A DNA stretch of 56,558 nt from a virus, in IMG/VR virus record IMGVR_UViG_3300045988_053446, positions 1 to 56,558 of that record, one strand, 5' to 3'. Below are positions 41,353 to 51,375 of the stretch, piece after piece. Position numbers and translations under genes: made by a program. A model generated the notes under the pieces. The model had not been told where the DNA came from and made no database searches. It saw only the letters and a program-made list of their open reading frames with translations. How positions within the stretch are numbered: position 1 is the first letter of the stretch; every line of letters begins with the position of its first letter.

Positions 41353-41991
41353 ATGAAAGAGAGAGATAACAATATTACAGTTTTTGGGTTAGTTGCAGAA
41401 GAGCCAGCTTTTAATCACGAAGTTTTCGGAGAAAAATTCTTTAAGATGATGGTTTCGGTTAATAGAGTTAGTGGAACAGTAGATACACTTCCTGTTCTTA
41501 TATCTGAAAGAATTGTAGATATGAAAGAATTAAAAACAGGTGCTTGCGTAATGATTACAGGAAAAATAAGAAGCTACAATGAGCATATAGGTGAAAAAAG
41601 CAAGCTGATATTAGCAATCTTTACCGAAGTTATAGAGATATATGAAAACGAGGCAGAACTACCTTTTAATAATGATGTAGTTCTTAGAGGTTTTATTTGC
41701 AAAGAACCTATATACAGGGTAACGCCACTTGGAAGAGAAATAACAGATGTTCTCATAGCTATTAACAGAGCATATGGCAAGTCGGACTATATACCTTGCA
41801 TAGTTTGGGGCAGAACAGCTAAGTTCGTAGGTCACTTGCCAGCAGGAACACATATAGAAATGACAGGTAGGTTTCAGTCAAGGCCTTATACAAAGAAGAT
41901 AAGCGAAGATGAAATTGAAAACAGAGTAGCTTATGAGGTATCAGTAGGCAGAGTTGAGATTATAGAGGAAGAGGAGAATGCTGATGAATAG
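41353..41991 (+). CDS. SSB-like protein with two tandem OB-fold-like halves
   Basis: Two internally similar halves (...ITGKIRSYNE... and ...MTGRFQSRPYT...) and an acidic C-terminus EEEENADE. Confidence 0.55.
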   Translation: MKERDNNITVFGLVAEEPAFNHEVFGEKFFKMMVSVNRVSGTVDTLPVLISERIVDMKELKTGACVMITGKIRSYNEHIGEKSKLILAIFTEVIEIYENEAELPFNNDVVLRGFICKEPIYRVTPLGREITDVLIAINRAYGKSDYIPCIVWGRTAKFVGHLPAGTHIEMTGRFQSRPYTKKISEDEIENRVAYEVSVGRVEIIEEEENADE

Positions 41992-42178
41992 TGATGTTAC
42001 AGTTTCAGAATTAGCTAGTATGGCAGCAGACAATGAAAAGCGTTGTCAAGTATGACATCCAGTCCAAGGTGTTATATTTGACGGCACATTTGATGAACTT
42101 GACAGACGGCATTATCTTGCGGATAAGACAGTTGATAACTTCTCAATAGAAGATGATGTGTTCGTTATGAATATATAA
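41984..42178 (+). pseudogene. 64-codon reading frame interrupted by one in-frame TGA (42053..42055)
   Basis: The ATG overlaps the SSB-like gene's end. The 39 codons after the TGA are open but have no usable start. Confidence 0.3.
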
Positions 42179-42197
42179 ATAAGGAAAGGATATGTTT

Positions 42198-44126
42198 ATG
42201 AAAAGAGCAGTTTTAAAAAAGGTAGTACTTGAAAACTTTATGTGCTACGCACACGCAGAGTTTGATTTTTATGCCATTACAAAGATTACGGCTAAGAATG
42301 GCAAGGGTAAGTCGACTATTGCGACAGCTTATCTGTGGTGTCTGTTTAACTGTGATTATGAGCTAAAGGATAATCCGGTTGTAAGAAGAGAGGTTGGCGG
42401 AAAGTCCGTTGATGATATGGACACAAGCGTTGAACTTACACTTGATGTTGACGGAAAAGAAATAACTATGAAGAAAGTACAGAAGCGTACTTACAGCAAA
42501 GATGGCAGCAGTTATAAGGACGATAACAAGTACTTTATTAATGATGTGCCTAAGACATTAAAGGATTTCAACGCATATCTTGATGTGGATATGAATGTAT
42601 TTAAGATGTGTAGTAATGTGAACGCATTTCTTAATCAGAAACCGGCTGAAATGAGAGAATACTTATTTGGTTTAGCAGGAGATGTTACAGACTTTGATAT
42701 AGCTTCACAGAAAGCCGAATTAGCGGAGTTAGTTCCTTTGCTTAATAAGTATACAGTTGAAGAGTTATCCGCTATGAGTAAGGCTGCCAAGACCAAGATT
42801 ACAAAGGATTTGCCTATTCTTGACGGACAAATTAAGGAAAAGGAAAGGGATATACAGCTTAAACAGGCTATTGAAGTATCTGACCTTGAATTACAGAAGA
42901 ACAGCCTTAAAGAGCAGATTGCTGATTGCGTGGCAAAACAGACCGACAATGACAAGCTGATGGCTGAATATGACAATGCTAGTGCTAATATTCTCAGCTT
43001 AAAGTTTGAGCTTGACGATATTCGCCGTAAAGCCAATGAGGAAAATATTAAGGCTAGAAGAGATATTGAGAACAAGATTTCTGATAAGCAGTTTCTTGTT
43101 AGGCAGACAGAAAAGACTATTACTGATACAGAAAAGAACATCGAGTATCAGCAGAATGCCATTGATAGCATAAATAGGAATTTGCAGAATATAAGGGATA
43201 AATGGAAAGCAGAGAATGAGCGTAAATTTGACGAAACAAGCCTTATTTGTAGCTATTGCGGACAGGAATATCCCGAGGATAAGAAAGAACAGTTAAGAGC
43301 TGATTTTGATAGTCACAAGGCAGAAGAATTAAAGATTATCACAAGCAATGGCAACCTTTTTAAAGACAAACTTGATAAGAATAAGAAGATTCTTAAAGAT
43401 TTACAGAAAGAGTTGCCGCAACATAAAGAAAGCCTTGAAATGCTGAACACAGCTATTGCAGACCTTGAAAAGCAGTTATCAGAACTTCCACAGGAGATTG
43501 ATGTATCAGCTACAGAAGAATACAAGGCAATTGAACAGCAGATTGCAGAAAAAGAAGAGGCTATGCACAAGGCTAATGATATTTCAGCAGTTAAGGCAGA
43601 ATTAAAGGCACAGGAAACAGCTTTAAGGCAGCAGTTAGCAGAATGTGAATCCGAGATTGCAAAGTCTGATACGGCAGCAGACGAACAGCGACTTGAAGAA
43701 TTAAAGCAGACAAGGATTGATTCTGAACAGAATAAGGCTAATGCCGAGAAAATCCTTGATTTACTTGACGAACTGGATAAAGCAAAGAACGAAGCCTTAA
43801 CAGAAGCCGTAAACAGCCACTTTGGGTTAGTTAAGTGGCAGTTGTTTACTTATACAAAGTCTGGTGGTTACAAAAGTTGCTGTATACCAACAGTTGACGG
43901 AAAGAGTATTTTAACAACTATGAGCAACAAGGGTAACAGGATTTTAGGCAGAGTAGACATTTGTAATTCAATTCAGAAGATTAGTGACATATCAGTGCCT
44001 ATTATCTTAGATGATTCTGAAAGCCTTAGTACGGATAATCAGAAGAAAGTTGCCGAAATGGTAAATAGCCAGTTAATCATGCTGATTGTTAATGATAGCG
44101 AGAAATTAGAGATTGTGGAGGGATAA
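42198..44126 (+). CDS. SMC/Rad50/SbcC-like recombination ATPase
   Basis: Walker A AKNGKGKST, long coiled-coil, CxxC hook CSYCGQ, Walker B PIILDDSES. Confidence 0.7.
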   Translation: MKRAVLKKVVLENFMCYAHAEFDFYAITKITAKNGKGKSTIATAYLWCLFNCDYELKDNPVVRREVGGKSVDDMDTSVELTLDVDGKEITMKKVQKRTYSKDGSSYKDDNKYFINDVPKTLKDFNAYLDVDMNVFKMCSNVNAFLNQKPAEMREYLFGLAGDVTDFDIASQKAELAELVPLLNKYTVEELSAMSKAAKTKITKDLPILDGQIKEKERDIQLKQAIEVSDLELQKNSLKEQIADCVAKQTDNDKLMAEYDNASANILSLKFELDDIRRKANEENIKARRDIENKISDKQFLVRQTEKTITDTEKNIEYQQNAIDSINRNLQNIRDKWKAENERKFDETSLICSYCGQEYPEDKKEQLRADFDSHKAEELKIITSNGNLFKDKLDKNKKILKDLQKELPQHKESLEMLNTAIADLEKQLSELPQEIDVSATEEYKAIEQQIAEKEEAMHKANDISAVKAELKAQETALRQQLAECESEIAKSDTAADEQRLEELKQTRIDSEQNKANAEKILDLLDELDKAKNEALTEAVNSHFGLVKWQLFTYTKSGGYKSCCIPTVDGKSILTTMSNKGNRILGRVDICNSIQKISDISVPIILDDSESLSTDNQKKVAEMVNSQLIMLIVNDSEKLEIVEG

Positions 44127-44127
44127 T

Positions 44128-44445
44128 ATGAAACTTTATTTTTACAAATTGAATACAGATGAAAGACACGGAAAAGTAGGAATTACAGTGCAGGTTTGCG
44201 AAGCAGAAGAGAAACCTAAGACATACAAGTCTGTTGATAGAATTTTTCCAAACTACTTAAGTACAGCAAGAAAAGATGATGTTGGGCGAATAACTGATTT
44301 TGACCGCATGTTTCTTACAGAACCTAACTTTGAGTATGTCAAGGATAAATTTAAGAAGCGTGCAGAATCAAGGATTGCGCAGGCAAAAGAAAAACTTGAA
44401 AGAGAAGAAAAGGAATTAAAGATAATTGAGGAAAGCGAGGAATAA
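44128..44445 (+). CDS. hypothetical protein
   Basis: ATG at 44128 with GGAGGG RBS. Confidence 0.5.
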   Translation: MKLYFYKLNTDERHGKVGITVQVCEAEEKPKTYKSVDRIFPNYLSTARKDDVGRITDFDRMFLTEPNFEYVKDKFKKRAESRIAQAKEKLEREEKELKIIEESEE

Positions 44446-44447
44446 TT

Positions 44448-45521
44448 ATGGCAGAGAATACAGCAGTTGCGGAAAAGAAAGCATTTACCACCTCATTAAG
44501 TGAGTGGAGTAATACAATGACAGGACTTATTATCAATGATTATAAGGCTGTTGGAATGGATATGGACGATTACGCAAAAGAGTGTGCTATGGAAGCTATG
44601 ACAAGCATATTTAATCTTGTTAAGAATGACCCTAAGATTGATATGAGAAACCTTGATACAAGTAATTTAAGGGGCATTGTCAAGCGTTGTGCAAGTCTTA
44701 AACTCAATGCTAGCGCATACCCAAGGGAGTGTTATTTTCAGCTAAGAAATGTAAAGGTAGGAACTGACCCACAGACAGGAAAAGATATATGGCAGAAACA
44801 GGTTGAAATGGGAATTGAGGGAAACGGCTACGATTCTCTCTTATCCAACTATGGAAAGAATGTTGACACAGTTTATCCATATTGGGTTATCAAAGAGGGG
44901 GATGTGTATATTCCACCTAAACACAAAGGGCTTTCGATTACAGAACCAGAATGGGAAGAAAAAGGGTTATCCGATAAGGCGGTAAGGGTTGTATATCCTG
45001 TTAAGTTATTAGACGGAACGGTTACATATCTTTCTGCTGACAGGGATAGTGTTAAGGTTAATCTGTTGGCTCATGTAAAGCAGAATATGATGAACAGTAC
45101 CTTTGGAGTATGCGAGGATAGATATAAGGCTACGCCAAAGCAGAAAGCAGAAATTAAGGCTAAAAAAGACGAGATACTTAATGCTTTAAGAGCATGCAAG
45201 ACAGTAGATGAAATGCTTGAATGTGAAATTGCAAGACCATTCATCAGCGGTGCTTGGCTTGATACGCCAGAGAGTATGATTCAGAGAAAAATGTGCAACA
45301 ACGCTACAAGGAAATACCCTAAGAACTATGACCCTATGGCTAGACAGGCACAGATTGAAATGGACGAGGTATATCAAGTTGCACAGGCTGAAATTGCCGA
45401 AAATGCTAATTTTGTTGAGTTTATAGAAGATAAGGCAGATGTAGTTGACACCACGGCAACAGAAGCAACCGAAGAACAGACAGAAGACAGCACATTACCG
45501 CCATTTATGCAGGCAGAATAG
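44448..45521 (+). CDS. recT: RecT-like single-strand annealing protein
   Basis: ...RECYFQLRNV...EMGIEGNGYDSLL...YPYWVIKEGDVY... pattern. Neighbours are the ATPase, an MBL nuclease gene and SSB genes. Confidence 0.55.
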   Translation: MAENTAVAEKKAFTTSLSEWSNTMTGLIINDYKAVGMDMDDYAKECAMEAMTSIFNLVKNDPKIDMRNLDTSNLRGIVKRCASLKLNASAYPRECYFQLRNVKVGTDPQTGKDIWQKQVEMGIEGNGYDSLLSNYGKNVDTVYPYWVIKEGDVYIPPKHKGLSITEPEWEEKGLSDKAVRVVYPVKLLDGTVTYLSADRDSVKVNLLAHVKQNMMNSTFGVCEDRYKATPKQKAEIKAKKDEILNALRACKTVDEMLECEIARPFISGAWLDTPESMIQRKMCNNATRKYPKNYDPMARQAQIEMDEVYQVAQAEIAENANFVEFIEDKADVVDTTATEATEEQTEDSTLPPFMQAE

Positions 45522-45531
45522 GAGATTGAGT

Positions 45532-45819
45532 ATGAGAATAATTTCACAGGACGGAAGAATTGATATTCCATATGATTATTTTACATTAGCTACAGCTGAT
45601 GAGAAACATGGAGCTTTAGAAGTAGCGAGTATCTATTGTCGAAATTTTTCGTCAGATAGTGGTGCAAAGTTAGCTGAATATTTAAGTGTGGAAAAAGCAA
45701 TTAAAGCTATAAAAATGTTGACGGAAACGCAGAAAATGGAGTCAGTAGAATTTGAAGATAGAATTTATCATAGAAATTTAGTTTTTCAATTCCCACAGGA
45801 TGATGAAATCGAGGTGTGA
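45532..45819 (+). CDS. hypothetical protein
   Basis: ATG at 45532 with GGAGA RBS. Confidence 0.5.
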   Translation: MRIISQDGRIDIPYDYFTLATADEKHGALEVASIYCRNFSSDSGAKLAEYLSVEKAIKAIKMLTETQKMESVEFEDRIYHRNLVFQFPQDDEIEV

Positions 45820-45821
45820 GT

Positions 45822-46549
45822 ATGAGGTTAAAATGTTTAGGCTCATCGTCAGCCGGTAATTGCTATCTGCTAACTTCCAACAACGGAGAAACACTTATCC
45901 TTGATTGCGGAATCGGCATTAAGGAGATTAAGAAAGGCTTGAACTGGGATATAAGGGGGATAAAGGGCGTGATTATAAGTCACGCCCACCTCTAGACCAT
46001 AGCAAGTCATTAAACGAATTTAAGGCTATGGGAATACCGATTTATGCACCATATATAAGCCAAAAACCAATGGCAATCGGTAGTGGTGCTTTCAGAATAC
46101 AATCGTTTGACCTAACAACAGTAGATGGCAGGTGGACACATACTAACGCAGATGGAACGGAATGCCATTGTTACGGATTTTTGATTACGCATCCCGAAAT
46201 GGGTAGATTACTTTATATAACCGACACAGAGCTTATTAAGTGGCGTTTTAAGGGCATAAATCACATCCTCTTAGGTGTGAATTATGACAAGGATTTAGTT
46301 GATACTGACAATCCGAAAGCTAATCACGTTTTCAGAGGTCACTTATCCATTGATACCGCTTGCGATTTTGTTAAGGCAAATCATTCGGATATCTTGCAGA
46401 ACGTGATTATGTGCCATTTATCAAGTGAAAATGCTGATAAGGATAGTTTTATTGCCAAGATGAAAAATGCTGTAAATGGGGCGAATGTGGACGCTGCGGT
46501 TGCAGGGAAAAGTTGGGATTTGAAAAATCCTAGTGAATGTCCGTTTTAG
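45822..46549 (+). pseudogene. MBL-fold metallo-hydrolase split by a 2-nt (TA) insertion inside the HxHxDH motif
   Basis: ...VIISHAHL then TAG at 45993. The frame from 45995 continues DHSKSLNEFKAMGIPIY... The track ORF 46028..46549 is the distal part. Confidence 0.75.
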
Positions 46550-46563
46550 AGAGGAGTAAGGCA

Positions 46564-46782
46564 ATGTTAGTTGTTTATATTATTTGGATTATTGGAATAT
46601 TCATTGCAACAATTGGAGACTATGAAAATATTGCAGTAACCCCAAAGCAGGTATATGAATGTACAGACCTAAATATGTTTGCCTGCACTTTAGTAATCAT
46701 AATAGGCTTTTTGTTAAATCCTTTGTTCTATATAGTACATTTTATCAGCTGGCTATTACACGTCGGCAGAAAGGAGCAGTAA
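46564..46782 (+). CDS. small multi-TM membrane protein
   Basis: ATG at 46564 with GAGAGGAG RBS. Confidence 0.5.
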   Translation: MLVVYIIWIIGIFIATIGDYENIAVTPKQVYECTDLNMFACTLVIIIGFLLNPLFYIVHFISWLLHVGRKEQ

Positions 46783-47282
46783 TGGAGAGATTAACAGATA
46801 TAATCAATGGCTGGACTTTTGAAGAAACTATTAAGACTGCTGAAAGCTTTATGAAAGCTGAAAAGAATATATTTAAGTGGGATGTGTTAAGGCATTTAAG
46901 AGATTTTGCAGAGAATTACAGAGAACGGATAAAGGGATATCAACAGTTAGAAGAGCAGGGCAGACTTATCAAGTTGCCTTGTAAAGAAGCGTACACGCAA
47001 TCAGGAGACATAGTATATCTTATTTATGATGATGAAGTGGTTGAGTGCACCCATTGCGGCTTAGGTATAAATCCTGTTGACGGAAAAGCATATATTGCGC
47101 TTGTGACAGATGAAGATATTTTCCCATACAGAAGACCTGTTCCTGAATACGATTTAGACCCTACAGATTGGTGTACAAATGCAATCGATGCAGAAGTAGG
47201 TGAAATTGGCAAGACAGTATTCTTCACAAAATCCGAAGCCGAAGCAAAACTGGAAGAATTGAGAGGTAAAGAAAATGAGTAA
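46782..47282 (+). CDS. hypothetical protein
   Basis: ATG at 46782 with AAAGGAG RBS. Confidence 0.55.
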   Translation: MERLTDIINGWTFEETIKTAESFMKAEKNIFKWDVLRHLRDFAENYRERIKGYQQLEEQGRLIKLPCKEAYTQSGDIVYLIYDDEVVECTHCGLGINPVDGKAYIALVTDEDIFPYRRPVPEYDLDPTDWCTNAIDAEVGEIGKTVFFTKSEAEAKLEELRGKENE

Positions 47283-47634
47283 ATTCCTTGAAAGTGTAAA
47301 CAAGCGTGACTTTGATAGAAGAATATCAGAAGTTGTTGGAATGCTTGAGGAAAAACAACTCTACGGAACTATCAGTCTGATAAAAGATTTGAAATATTAC
47401 CTTGACTTAGCCATAAAGGAAAAGACACACGACTGCAACTGCCAGCACAACAGCAATCCAAGAGACAATGAGCCTTGTTGCAGATGTGACAGCAGAATGA
47501 CTAACACTGACAGAATAAGAAATATGTCGGATGAAGAGTTAGCAGAATTTCTTGTCGGATTTAAAAACGCATTCGGCGAGGAATACGAGGGAGAAGCTAG
47601 TTGTATGGAATGGCTTCAATCAGAAGCGGAATAG
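47275..47634 (+). CDS. hypothetical protein
   Basis: ORF track. Confidence 0.5.
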   Translation: MSKFLESVNKRDFDRRISEVVGMLEEKQLYGTISLIKDLKYYLDLAIKEKTHDCNCQHNSNPRDNEPCCRCDSRMTNTDRIRNMSDEELAEFLVGFKNAFGEEYEGEASCMEWLQSEAE

Positions 47635-47645
47635 GAGAGCAAACA

Positions 47646-47957
47646 ATGAGATTAATTGATGCAGATAAATTATTAGAACTGATAAAAGACCAGAAAGAAA
47701 GAGAGATAGGAGCATACGCAAAAGGCATAAATGCTGGTCTGAATATCATAAAGAGTATTATCAATGATGAAACACAAACTCCAACTGCCTATGATGTAGA
47801 TAAGGTTGTGGAACATCTGGAAATGGTGAGGGATAACTATTCAACTGTAAAGCGTATGACAGCTACTAATGCTCAACTTGTTAGGCGGTTCATAGCAAAA
47901 GAAAAAGCAATGGATTTAGCAATCGAAATAGTAAAGGCAGGTGGAATAGATGGCTAA
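47646..47957 (+). CDS. hypothetical protein, MRLIDAD family (paralogue of 49771..50007)
   Basis: Shares MRLIDAD..., YDVDKVVE.L and AIEIVKAGG with the second copy. Confidence 0.55.
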   Translation: MRLIDADKLLELIKDQKEREIGAYAKGINAGLNIIKSIINDETQTPTAYDVDKVVEHLEMVRDNYSTVKRMTATNAQLVRRFIAKEKAMDLAIEIVKAGGIDG

Positions 47958-48210
47958 GATATTAAATAAATGCCCTATTTGTGGTGCAAGATTAGAATAC
48001 TCGGATTTAATGCAGTTTTCTAAAGATTATCAGATTAAATTAAATGGTAGATTGTCCAAAAACTCTAAAAATAGCAGTGTATCTCCTATGGAATGTGGAT
48101 TTATAAGTTGTACCTCTTGCGATTTCCATACTAACTGTGATTTAGAGTGCGAAGAAAACCGCGATATAAAAATATACCAGGAGAATGGAGTGTATATGTA
48201 TGAAGATTAA
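47950..48210 (+). CDS. zinc-ribbon-like hypothetical protein
   Basis: CPIC...CTSC pattern. Confidence 0.5.
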   Translation: MAKILNKCPICGARLEYSDLMQFSKDYQIKLNGRLSKNSKNSSVSPMECGFISCTSCDFHTNCDLECEENRDIKIYQENGVYMYED

Positions 48211-48598
48211 CGATAGATATTTATTTAAAGCAATAGATACCAATTCTGTATGGCGTACAGGCTTACTTATAGCTTTAAAAGGTAATAGATGTGCAATTGA
48301 AGAAAGTGACGGAAGCAAATGGGCGTGTGACGCTAAAACTCTTTGCCAATGCACAGGCTTGAAAGATAAGAACGGCAAGCTGATTTGGGAGAATGATATC
48401 GTCAATCTTGAAACTGACAAAGCTGTTGTTATCTGGGATAGGGCAGAATGGAGAATTAAGTGGATTAAAGATACTATATGGCGAAAGGATTTACATTTTT
48501 GGACTAATGAAGATGATTGGAAATGTGAAGTTATCGGCAATATATTTGACAATCCAGAGTTATTAGAAAGTGAGGAACAATATGGCGAGAATATTTAG
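48200..48598 (+). CDS. YopX family protein
   Basis: ...GLKDKNGKLIWENDIV... and ...VIGNIFDNPELLE. Confidence 0.7.
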   Translation: MKINDRYLFKAIDTNSVWRTGLLIALKGNRCAIEESDGSKWACDAKTLCQCTGLKDKNGKLIWENDIVNLETDKAVVIWDRAEWRIKWIKDTIWRKDLHFWTNEDDWKCEVIGNIFDNPELLESEEQYGENI

Positions 48599-49043
48599 AA
48601 TTAGTGGCTATTTAGTTTCTAAGCGTGAGAACCCTTTAATTAAAGATGTGTATGATGACATAAGCTATACAGGATATGCCGAAAATTGGCAACAGTTACA
48701 TATCGAACAGTCGGAAGAATTTAATCTTGATGGCGAAGATGTGCCGAACTGTGACCTCGCATTGCTCACAAGGCATTTTAAGAAAGACAATATCAGCACA
48801 GAATTTGACAGACCTTTACCTAAGAAAGGTGAGAAATACAGACATTTCAAGTTAGGCAAGATTGTTACTGTTATCGGTATTTCAAGGCATACAGAAACAG
48901 AGGAAATGTCGGTTGTGTATGAATATGAGGGACATATTTGGAATAGACCTCTTGAAATGTTTATGAGCGAAGTTGATAAGGGAAAATACCCGAACGCAAC
49001 ACAGAAATATAGATTTGAAAAGGTAGAAAGTGAGGAAAAGTAA
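48582..49043 (+). CDS. DUF1653-like protein
   Basis: ...YRHFKLGKIVTVIGISRHTETEEMSVVYEYEGHIWNRPLEMF... Confidence 0.55.
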   Translation: MARIFRISGYLVSKRENPLIKDVYDDISYTGYAENWQQLHIEQSEEFNLDGEDVPNCDLALLTRHFKKDNISTEFDRPLPKKGEKYRHFKLGKIVTVIGISRHTETEEMSVVYEYEGHIWNRPLEMFMSEVDKGKYPNATQKYRFEKVESEEK

Positions 49044-49471
49044 TGAATCGTGTAATTTTATGTGGAAGAGTTGTTAGAGAGCCAGAGATTAGATATTCGC
49101 AGACAGCAAGTGGAAATATGGCAGTTGCAAGATACACATTAGCTGTTGACAGAACTTTTAAGAAAGAGGGCGAACAGGCAGCAGACTTTATTAGCTGTAT
49201 CGCATTTGGCAAGAATGGAGAGTTTGCAGAGAAGTATCTTCATCAAGGCACTAAGATTATCGTTGAGGGTAGATGGCAGACAGGCAATTATACCAACAAG
49301 GACGGGCAGAAAGTTTACACTAATGATTGCGTTGTTGAAAGACACGAGTTCTGCGAAAGCCGTACTAACCAGCAGAGTGGCAATAATGGAATTATGGGCG
49401 GTAACAGCAGTAATGATGGCTTTATGGCTATTCCAGATGGTGTAGCTGACGAGGGATTACCATTCAATTAA
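49043..49471 (+). CDS. ssb: single-stranded DNA-binding protein
   Basis: MNRVILCGRVVREPEIRY... OB fold and acidic tip ...DEGLPF. Confidence 0.85.
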   Translation: MNRVILCGRVVREPEIRYSQTASGNMAVARYTLAVDRTFKKEGEQAADFISCIAFGKNGEFAEKYLHQGTKIIVEGRWQTGNYTNKDGQKVYTNDCVVERHEFCESRTNQQSGNNGIMGGNSSNDGFMAIPDGVADEGLPFN

Positions 49472-49483
49472 AGAGGTGTGAGT

Positions 49484-49774
49484 ATGACAGAGAGTGAAGC
49501 AATAGAAAAACTGAAAAATATGAGATTGTTTATGCAGATTACAGACAAGAACAACGACTGCAAGTTTACAGAAGATGATTACAAGGCTAACGAAATGGCA
49601 ATACAAGCGCTTGAAAAGCAGATACCGAAGAAACCTATTAAGAGCAAAAAACAAGCAGTTAGGTATGTTAATACATATTGTTGTCCGATTTGTAATTTGA
49701 AATTTACTGGAACAGGTATTGCAAAATGGTGTTACCATTGCGGTCAGAAATTAGATTGGAGCGATGAAGAATGA
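49484..49774 (+). CDS. zinc-ribbon-like hypothetical protein
   Basis: CCPIC...CYHC pattern. Confidence 0.5.
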   Translation: MTESEAIEKLKNMRLFMQITDKNNDCKFTEDDYKANEMAIQALEKQIPKKPIKSKKQAVRYVNTYCCPICNLKFTGTGIAKWCYHCGQKLDWSDEE

Positions 49775-50007
49775 GACTAATTGACGCAGATGCATTTGAA
49801 AAATCGGTTATGTTTGGTGATGCGGAAGATATGCAAGATGTAATTTATGCATTGCGTGATTATCCAATTACCTATGATATTGATAAGGTTGTAGAGCGGT
49901 TGAAAATAGACTCTTCCGTAAAACTGTATGGAAGTGGCAACAGCAATAATTATCTTATTTCTCTTGAAAAGGCGATTGAGATAGTAAAGGCAGGTGGTAA
50001 CTCTTGA
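49771..50007 (+). CDS. hypothetical protein, MRLIDAD family (paralogue of 47646..47957)
   Basis: Motifs shared with 47646..47957. Confidence 0.55.
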   Translation: MRLIDADAFEKSVMFGDAEDMQDVIYALRDYPITYDIDKVVERLKIDSSVKLYGSGNSNNYLISLEKAIEIVKAGGNS

Positions 50008-50609
50008 ATTATCAGAACATAGCAAGAGCCAAAGCAATTGAACAGGAGAATAGAAAGCGACTATTGAAGCTGAATCCAAAGCTGAACGACAAAAGTGGAA
50101 TATATTTCTTACTCCGAGAAGATGAAAACGGATTTAAGTTTGCTTATGTCGGACAGGCGATACATACACTTAGCAGGTTGGCAAGCCACCTTGTAGGCTA
50201 TGAACAGCACATAGACCTTAGTTTACGCAAACATAAGCTATATTCAGAGGATAATCCGTATGGTTGGCGAGTTGAATTTCTGAATTTTCCCGAAAGCCAG
50301 CTTGACGAGAAAGAGAAGTATTACATCAAACTGTATGCCGATAACGGTTATCAGCTTAGGAATGTTAGTATCGGCGGACAGGGAGAAAATCGTGATAGTG
50401 GTTCGATAGGCGAAAGAAAAGCACCAAAAGGCTATTTACAGGGCATACAGCAGGGCAGAAAGAACCTTGCTAGGGAATTATCCAATATTGCAGAAAAACA
50501 TCTTAAAATCGAATTGAGAGAAGATAAGGCTAATAACAAGGTATCACAGAAACAGTATGAGAAGTTTATGGAACTGCTGAAGGAGGGGAAAGATGAAACC
50601 AATTCTTGA
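50004..50609 (+). CDS. GIY-YIG domain nuclease (second copy in the genome)
   Basis: SGIYFLLREDENGFKFAYVGQA...EKYYIKLYADNGYQLRN. TTG start. Confidence 0.6.
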   Translation: MNYQNIARAKAIEQENRKRLLKLNPKLNDKSGIYFLLREDENGFKFAYVGQAIHTLSRLASHLVGYEQHIDLSLRKHKLYSEDNPYGWRVEFLNFPESQLDEKEKYYIKLYADNGYQLRNVSIGGQGENRDSGSIGERKAPKGYLQGIQQGRKNLARELSNIAEKHLKIELREDKANNKVSQKQYEKFMELLKEGKDETNS

Positions 50610-51060
50610 TGTATGTTGTGGAAGCAAGATGTTTTACTTTGATAAAAGCAATCCCAATGTAGTTTTTATGGATTGCAGAGAGCTAGAAGATACCCTTTGT
50701 GATGGACGCAAGTTAGAAATAAAGCCGGACATTATAGGGGATTTCCGCAACATTCCTTTCCCGGACAATACATTTCATTTAGTTGTATTTGACCCACCCC
50801 ATTTAATTAAGGTTGGTGATAATTCGTGGTTGGCCAAGAAATATGGAAAACTAACAGACACTTGGCCAAGTGATATAAAGAGAGGCTTTAACGAGTGTAT
50901 GAGAGTGCTTAAACCTTGCGGAACGCTTGTCTTCAAATGGAATGAACAGCAGATAAAGTTATCAGAGATATTAAAAAATATAGATTACAAGCCTATATTC
51001 GGAAACAAAAGAGCTGATACGCACTGGCTTGTGTTTATGAAAGTGGGTGAAAGTGAATGA
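50593..51060 (+). CDS. SAM-dependent DNA methyltransferase (DPPH motif; N6-adenine/N4-cytosine class)
   Basis: DVCCGS... and ...LVVFDPPH... Strong GGAGGGG RBS. Confidence 0.6.
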   Translation: MKPILDVCCGSKMFYFDKSNPNVVFMDCRELEDTLCDGRKLEIKPDIIGDFRNIPFPDNTFHLVVFDPPHLIKVGDNSWLAKKYGKLTDTWPSDIKRGFNECMRVLKPCGTLVFKWNEQQIKLSEILKNIDYKPIFGNKRADTHWLVFMKVGESE

Positions 51061-51093
51061 CGATAGCAGAACAGTTGAAGGGAGCGAAGCAAA

Positions 51094-51369
51094 ATGAAGA
51101 TTTTAAGCAAGAAGAAATATAATCAACTCATTGATGATTTTGAGAAACTACAGGGAAAAGTAGAAGAACTCAAAAGAATAAATGAAAGTCTTGGGAAAAA
51201 GTTGGAAGATAAAAAGACAAGTTGCAAAATGAATAGTGGAAAGGACTTCTGCTTTAATTGTGCAAACTCTTACAGGTACAAGACATATTGGAATTGCACA
51301 GAAGTTGAGCGGTGCGGTTGCTTACTTGATGTTTCTTGCGAGAGCTTTGAAAGAAAAGAAAGGGAGTGA
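51094..51369 (+). CDS. hypothetical protein (coiled-coil N-terminus, Cys-rich C-terminus)
   Basis: ORF track. Confidence 0.5.
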   Translation: MKILSKKKYNQLIDDFEKLQGKVEELKRINESLGKKLEDKKTSCKMNSGKDFCFNCANSYRYKTYWNCTEVERCGCLLDVSCESFERKERE

Positions 51370-51375
51370 TTCAGA

